Of a stretch of DNA of 64,000 nucleotides, positions 62,498 to 64,000 are shown one piece after another. Positions within the stretch are counted from its first letter, which is position 1. The number at the start of each line of letters is the position of its first letter. The stretch is taken from the NCBI GenBank assembly GCA_963676835.2, contig CAXXFF010000002.1:1824001-1888000 (forward strand). Direction: 5' to 3'. The position numbers and the translations under genes were made by a program. The notes beneath the pieces were generated by a model. The model did no database searches. It saw nothing but the letters and a program-made list of their open reading frames with translations, and was not told where the DNA came from. The stretch is from Marispirochaeta sp. (GTDB lineage Bacteria; Spirochaetota; Spirochaetia; JC444; Marispirochaetaceae).

Positions 62498-63610
62498 TTA
62501 TTTGAGGGTTTCCTTGAGGATGACAAGCATTCTGCGGATGGGTTCCGCTGCTCCCCATAAAAGCTGGTCTCCCACGGTAAAGGCTGACAGGTAGTCATCT
62601 CCCATACGCATCTTTCGCAGTCTTCCCACAGGAGTTGAAAGGGTTCCGGTAACAGCCGCGGGAGTAAGTCCCTTCATGGAGGCTTCTTTGGTATTGGGGA
62701 TAACCTTTGCCCATTCATTATGCTCTGCCAGCATGGATTCGATCTCATCCAGGGGTGCATTTTTGTTCAGTTTGATGGTCAGTGCCTGGCTGTGACAGCG
62801 CATGGCGCCGATACGTACACAAAGTCCGTCTACGGGAATTCCGGGATTAAGATCGAGGATTTTATTGGTCTCCACATATCCCTTCCACTCTTCCTTGCTC
62901 TGACCAAGGTCAACCTCGCTGTCGATCCAGGGGATCAGACTTCCCGCAAGGGGGACGCCGAAATTATCCGTGGGATAACTTCCGGAGCGGAGATTCTCTG
63001 TTACCTTACGGTCGATCTCAAGAATTGCCGAGGAGGGATTTGTCAGAAGATCATGTACCGATCCTTCCAGGGAGCCCATCTGGCTCAGAAGTTCCCGCAT
63101 GTTTTTTGCTCCGGCGCCTGAGGCCGCCTGGTAGGTCATGGAGGTTATCCATTCAACCAGGCCGGCTTTGAACAGTCCGCCCAGGGCCATCAGCATAAGG
63201 CTGACCGTGCAGTTGCCTCCAACATAATCTTTAACACCCGAGGCAAGAGCCTTGTCGATAACATGCCGGTTAACCGGGTCGAGTACAATAACGCTGTCGG
63301 ATTTCATCCGCAGGGTAGATGCTGCATCAATCCAGTATCCCTGCCAGCCTGCCTTGCGAAGCTGTGGGTGAATATCGCTTGTGTAACCGCCGCCCTGGCA
63401 GGTAACAATAGCGTCCATGGTTTTAAGGGTATCAATGGAAAAAGCATCCTGCAGTTCCGGTGTGTCGATTCCCACATCCGGTGCCTTCTGTCCTACCTGG
63501 GAGGTTGAAAAGAATACAGGTTCAAAACCGCTGAAATCTTTTTCTTCCAGCATCCGGTCCATCAATACAGAGCCGACCATTCCCCGCCAGCCGATGAATC
63601 CTACGCGCAT
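62498..63610 (-). CDS. asd: Aspartate-semialdehyde dehydrogenase
   Basis: [34 protein letters not shown]. Confidence 0.97.
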   Translation of the reverse strand: MRVGFIGWRGMVGSVLMDRMLEEKDFSGFEPVFFSTSQVGQKAPDVGIDTPELQDAFSIDTLKTMDAIVTCQGGGYTSDIHPQLRKAGWQGYWIDAASTLRMKSDSVIVLDPVNRHVIDKALASGVKDYVGGNCTVSLMLMALGGLFKAGLVEWITSMTYQAASGAGAKNMRELLSQMGSLEGSVHDLLTNPSSAILEIDRKVTENLRSGSYPTDNFGVPLAGSLIPWIDSEVDLGQSKEEWKGYVETNKILDLNPGIPVDGLCVRIGAMRCHSQALTIKLNKNAPLDEIESMLAEHNEWAKVIPNTKEASMKGLTPAAVTGTLSTPVGRLRKMRMGDDYLSAFTVGDQLLWGAAEPIRRMLVILKETLK

Positions 63611-63726
63611 ATACTGCTCCTGAAACAATTATCCGGCCCGAAACAGGCCGGTGGTGTGCCTAAACGTGAGGGAGTTTATCATAATTATCAGCAGATCTTC
63701 AAGTTAGGCAGATTTTAAAGAATTTG

Positions 63727-64000
63727 TCAGTCCCTTAAGGTTCCTCCGTTAACCATCATGCTTTCGGCGGTAATAAAGCCTGCCCGGGGACTTGCCAGAT
63801 AGGCTGCTGCAAAGGCTACATCTTCAGGTTTTCCCAGCTTCTTGAGGATACTGTTGTCTATAAACTTCTGGTTTTCCTTGTCTCCTGCAGCGGCTGCCAT
63901 TTCCGTCATAATTCTTCCGGGACATATTGCATTAACAGTGATGCCGTCTGCTCCAACCTGCTGGGCAAGGTTTCTGGTAAAGCCTAAAACCCCGGCCTTT
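63727..64000 (-). CDS. SDR oxidoreductase (FabG-like), 3' part only
   Basis: KAGVLGFTRNLA..GITVNAICPG..LGKPEDVA..VNGG; runs off the window. Confidence 0.85.
   Translation of the reverse strand, partial: KAGVLGFTRNLAQQVGADGITVNAICPGRIMTEMAAAAGDKENQKFIDNSILKKLGKPEDVAFAAAYLASPRAGFITAESMMVNGGTLRD

Overview
Bacterial chromosomal segment, probably from a free-living spirochaete (inferred from the 'FAxGQxE' solute-binding-protein signal peptides and gene content; not verified). Left arm (1-29.1 kb): two-component system plus TctCBA transporter, a 2-hydroxyacid dehydrogenase with two tandem BASS transporters, a complete group IIC-like intron inserted just behind a terminator, assorted enzymes, twin glutaredoxins and monomeric isocitrate dehydrogenase. 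Middle (29,407-57,271): an approximately 27.7 kb island bounded by an intact tRNA-Pro(GGG) and a 48-bp duplicate of its 3' end. It carries acid-sugar/dicarboxylate catabolism genes, six transcription regulators, decaying genes and an IS21 element, but no integrase. Four copies of an approximately 150-bp multi-hairpin repeat with covarying stems and GNA triloops mark both island ends and an internal junction; this is the most unusual signal in the window. Right arm: cNMP-domain histidine kinase, non-specific endonuclease, M16 peptidase, asd and a partial SDR. All product calls come from motif recognition by eye, not database searches.
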